64,000 nucleotides of DNA from assembly GCF_018977255.1 (NCBI RefSeq), contig NW_024704743.1, positions 9,178,001 through 9,242,000 on the forward strand, read 5' to 3'. Of this stretch, positions 59,161 through 64,000 are shown in pieces. Every line of letters starts with the position of its first letter. Position 1 is the first letter of the stretch. The notes under the pieces are model-generated. The model was not told the origin of the DNA, searched no databases, and saw only the letters and a list, made by a program, of their open reading frames with translations. The stretch is from Callorhinchus milii (lineage: Eukaryota). Made by a program: the position numbers and the translations under genes.

Positions 59161-61547
59161 CAGCAAGATCCATTCAAGTGATTCAAATTCCTTGTTAAGA
59201 AATTCCAATTAGAATCCCACAAGTTACATCCTATTCTTTAAATGAAGTAGTAAGCCACCTGCAACAGATTTAAATCAGATTTCAGCATATGCATTATGTC
59301 CCTGATAGCTTTGTTGTGAAATATCTCCCCGATTCAAAGTCTAAGCAATGCCATACAAGATACAATACAATAGCAAATATTGAGGAAAAAATCACAGCCA
59401 TGCAATAGCATACAATAGCACTTGCCTAGCTCAGAACTCAGCCTTTTAGGGCATTGAGTTTATTTTTGGTCGGACACTTGTGGAAACCTATCACCATGAT
59501 TAAGAGTATCGAAACCAGACAGAAATATGCCTAGCACCTACACTTTGATGGGTCTGAAATGCAATGCGTACTCTCTCCTTTACACCAAAGCAGGGTCTAC
59601 CCACACAGCCTGAAAATACTGATGCCAACAACAATGAAAAGCAGCAACCACTAAAATTTTAGAGTTTGGATGCAGGGGATTTGCTTTTGATGATAGAGTT
59701 TAGTATGTTCTTGGGGCAAGACAGGGGCTTTTTTCTGCCTCTGGGAGCAAAACAGCAAAGACTTGGAATGCTTGATCCTGACACCTTGCAAACAGTGGGG
59801 AAAAATAGTGTTGCACCAGCCATCTCTTGTTCCCTTATTTTGCATTCATCTACCTACAAATGGGTCCCAGGGCTAAGGCGTAACTCATTTATTGACCTAT
59901 GGCAACACAGTATATGAGTTTGCCATACGTTGAACTTCTCTGAGATAGAAACACAGAAGAAAGCACAAGGTTGCCCTAGTCCAGGCTGAGCTTGAAAAGG
60001 ACCACCCACGTGGTGCTTATAATACTGCTCGAGATGATCCCAATGAAAAGTCCCAGCGTCATGCTCCAGCTGTAACCAGACCATCTGAAAAATTTGGGGA
60101 CCTGGTTCTGCTTCCACGGGCAGCAAAGTAATCAATCACAGGGTACCCAGGAGAGGATACAGGAAGCACAGCAGGAGGAAATAAACATTGGCTCCTTCCT
60201 GTGCCTGGAATGGTTCAGATTTCTACAGGCTCTTGGACGTTAAGAGTACAATATTGTTACCAAATAATAAACTGCCAACACAACCATACCCAGGAGGCAT
60301 TGTTGGCGACCAAGAGGAACGGCCATCTATGTTGAATGCCAATAAACAAAGGTGAACGCATTCAGATGTACATTACTTATCCGTTCCTATCACATAGAAT
60401 GGAAATACTATAGTTCATTTGAACTAATTTCCTGTATATGGTGGTGGGTGGGGCAGTTTGGGTAGGAAGTTGCTCAAGCTGGATAGTATTCAATACAATG
60501 GTATTTTTGGGATCTAAAGTTTGCAGCCAACACGTACATCCAAATTCTAGATCTTTTTGAAGAAATCAATGCTATCGAGTTTCTCCAAATTAAACTTTAA
60601 ATTTTTTTAATTTCAGCCACTACGATCCTAATCTCTGGAACTCCCTGCTTCAATCCCTCTGCCTCAACCCCTTTTTATATTTGAATCCCTCCTTAAAGAC
60701 CTAGATCTTTAACCAAGCCCATCGTCACCTCCCTTCCTCCCTGTCCTGATTTACCATCCCGCCAATGTGCAATGCTCCAAGACTCTATCCTGCATGAGGG
60801 ACACTAAATAAATGCAAACTGTTCTTGTTTATCTAGATTCAGCGAAATAATCCAACTGAACCAAAAACCCTTGTATAAATCAGGTTTGAGGTGAGCAGAT
60901 AGTGTTCAGGCCTGGTTGCTGAGACTACAACAACAACTTGCATTTATATAGCGCCCTTCACGCCCTTCTGTGATTTGAATTTATATCCCGAGGAGCTGCT
61001 CTCAATAGGATATAATTCATGCCTCCAGTGCAAATCATCCACCCACCACTTAATAGTGATTTAGGGACGTTTTAATGTTATTAAAAATTCAATTGCACAA
61101 CCTGCTCTTTATTAGCATTAAAAACTAACCAGCTTTCTTTGGGGTATCGATGTGCCTGGTAAGTGCAGGAACACAGCATAATGTTTAAGAGTCTCTAAAG
61201 TAAACTACTAAGAATTTCCACAGTTTCTATTTATCATATAATAACATTTATACTTATATAGAGCTTTCACTACAGGAGGATGTCCCAAAACACTTAACAA
61301 TTCTGGCTGAGCACCAGAACTGAGTGGGGGGGAGGGGTACAGAGGGGAAAGATAAGTAGAAGCTGCAGCATACAACTACATTTTGAAGCAAGCCATAATA
61401 AAAGGGGACAAGTTGGAGGGACTTGGGAATGGAGTTCCAGAGCCTGAGCCCAAGTGGCTAAATTCTTAGATAGAGCACGGGAGGTGAAGTAGGCCAGTGT
61501 CGATGCGCGAAGGAAATGGCTGGGTTAGTAAAGGTGAAGGAAGTTCC

Positions 61548-61895
61548 AATAATAATCCTTGCATTTGATATAGCGCCTTATCACGTCATCAAGACGTCTC
61601 AAAGCTCTTCACAGAATATACTGTGAAGTGAATTGACTGTATATTTTGTGGGCGAAACGCGGCAGCCAATTGGGCACAGCAGCGTCCCACAAACAATAGT
61701 GGATTGAAGTTATTATTTATTATTTATTTTATTTTTTGAAGGAATTATTACCCCTGGAAACCAATCCACCAATTGAATAACAACCGGGTTCCTACTTGCT
61801 GCTAGGTAAACAGAGGCATGTGGAGTAAAGTAAGGAAACTTGCTCAACATTTCACCCTGCTGGGAATCGAACCCAGGTCTAACCACTCGTGGAGT
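61548..61895 (-). mobile_element. Young SINE, long variant
   Basis: Tail, Deu-type segment and ggttcctacttgctgctaggtaaacagaggcatgtggagtaa block. Confidence 0.82.
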
Positions 61896-63309
61896 CCTGT
61901 AGCTCAGTGTAGCTTATAATCATAGGGTGTAGCGAAACCAATGAAGAGGTTTAAATTTGTCTGGTATGGGGCACTCTCTCCCCCTAGAGTCATGACCTGC
62001 GCACCTGCTCGGTTAGGCATATGTATTCGCCTACAAATTCACAGTCACTATACTTCACAGTAAAATCCTATGAAGTGCTTTGAAACATCTTGACAAGGCA
62101 ATAAGTCGCTATTATTATTATTATATCAAATGCAAGGATTATTGTTATCATCATCATTATAACTTTCCTTGTAAGTAATGTTTGGGGAATAGAGAACGTG
62201 GCTGGGGTGGGAGAGGGGAGGGGGTGCAGGGGGAAAGAAAAGATGAGAAAAACATAAATCTCATTTTAAATCACACATTGTGTGATGGCACCCTCCTTCC
62301 AACATTACAAGTCAGCAAGTCAGGCACAAGAAAATAACTGTACCACACCTTGTCAACAGTACCATGGTTCACTCTCCATGTGAACAAATAACACCTTAAG
62401 TGACTTGAACTTCATTAAACATTCTGACTGTGCAGTAAGACAATCAGTATTGCATCTTGCAGCATTGTACATTTGACAATCCTTCCATGTTCAATTGCAC
62501 GCAGTTCTTATGTGACCTTTTTACCAGGAAAAGTGACTATTTTTTCAATGTAACAAGTACAGAATTTGGTATTATGCCTGTGTGGAAGCAGGCAAACAGA
62601 GTGAGACTGGGCAACCGAGATAAACCCCCCAAAATTTAACAAACCTGTTTAAGTGGAAGGTTTCCAGTGCCTGATGAAAAAAAATATCTTCACATTGATA
62701 AAGGTCCAATAAATCCCATTGAATTTACTGAGGTCACAAGCCCAGGGGAATGGCTCTCCCATGGCCCAAGTTAAAAAGAATTGCCAGTTTGATGAGATTT
62801 GCATTTGGTCAAAAAAACGAGTGAGCTGAACCCAGCCCAGTCAGTGATGGCTGGAGTAAAACAACTGGTCTCATTGACCAACTTAACTTAAATTAAGTAA
62901 AACTTAAGCCAGGATAACCCCCTCTTTCCCGACTCCTATTCGCTACGTGCATGATCCTTTCACTCTTAAACCTCTCTACCAAACCTTGCTACCTAGTACA
63001 AAAATGCACTTAAAAATGCTGCCTCACCAGTGAGGTATTGGAGAGGCAGCCATGACCCAACCCCAACTCCCCAGCTACAACAGGAGAGAGAGGAAATATG
63101 GTAATCGACAATCCTTAACTATTACTGAAATAATTACAGCTTCACACATTCTGTGATGCGCTTACACTGTTGTCTTCTTCCACAAAATAATCTGATTAAG
63201 TGCAGTGTAATAATATTCTACGTTACTTTCAAGGCTACAATGGCAATCCCCAACACATCATAAACAAGATCTAAACTTAGTGCATTGAAAACAGGAGCAT
63301 ATCTTATAA

Positions 63310-63665
63310 AATAATAATCCTTGCACTTAAAATAGCGGAACTGTGAAGAGTAGCGATTGCATTTTGTAGGCAAAAAAGCAGTTGATTTGTACACAGCAAT
63401 GTTGAATAAATAGCAATGAAGTAAATAACAAATTTTATCTGGGGGATTGTTGGCTAGGACACCATGAGAAACCCCCTTCTCTTTCTGAAAGGTAATCCTT
63501 GCATTTGATATAGCGCTTTTTTTGATGCCATGGGATCTTTAATATCCACCTGAACCTTGGTTTAACACCTTATCCAAATGATGGCAATGGAATGTCAGCA
63601 AAGTGGGGCTTGAACGTACAACCTTCTGACTCAGAGATCAGTGTTACCAACTGAAACAGGCTTAG
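63310..63665 (-). mobile_element. DeuSINE (SacSINE1-like)
   Basis: Deu core plus head remnant (cttgaacgtacaaccttctgactcagag...ccaactga). Confidence 0.7.
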
Positions 63666-64000
63666 ACAATACCAAAAATTCCAAGAATTTTTTTTGATTT
63701 AATTGCTGATACGTCTTTTAATATGCTTTTTTTAAAAAAATTACAATCACTACATTTTATGATAAATCTTTTGAAGCACTTGGAGACTGAAGGCATTGTA
63801 TCAAATGCAAGGATTATTATTATTATTAATGAATGGAGCATATGTTTGGATCAAAATGGGAAGAGAAACACATTCAGAAGTTGACAAGAAATGGTCAAAC
63901 TGAAGGTGAAATTATACAGAGTGAAAAAATTACTGTGAAAATTAAAAGTTCAGGAAAACAACATCTCCTGAAATGACAGAACCATAATAAGATCAAATAT

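Overview
Eukaryotic (vertebrate) genomic DNA. The window lies entirely inside one large gene on the minus strand, PARD3 (Par-3 cell polarity regulator). Six internal coding exons (57029-56879, 42483-42306, 34679-34531, 31492-31445, 20704-20471, 9734-9479) have canonical AG/GT boundaries and matching phases. They splice into one open 1016-nt frame running from just after PDZ3, through the aPKC-binding CR3 motif, to the lysine-rich '...KGLGDMFR' region. The 48-nt exon is absent from the ORF track and was found by reading the sequence. The flanking exons (end of PDZ3 upstream, FGKHRK-type exon downstream) were not seen in the window. The rest is intron densely filled with retroelements: a young tRNA-derived SINE (long and short variants), an older DeuSINE (SacSINE1-like), L2 and CR1 LINE fragments, MITE-like elements and one intact solo LTR with TSD. 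This repeat set suggests a cartilaginous fish, possibly a holocephalan (inference from recalled consensus sequences, not a search). Almost all ORF-track entries are spurious. I found no evidence of a wholly new gene system. The most notable items are the solo LTR beside an exon, the motif-flanked 48-nt exon, the apparently chimeric SINE, and two local templated duplications inserted into SINEs. Repeat boundaries are approximate unless stated.
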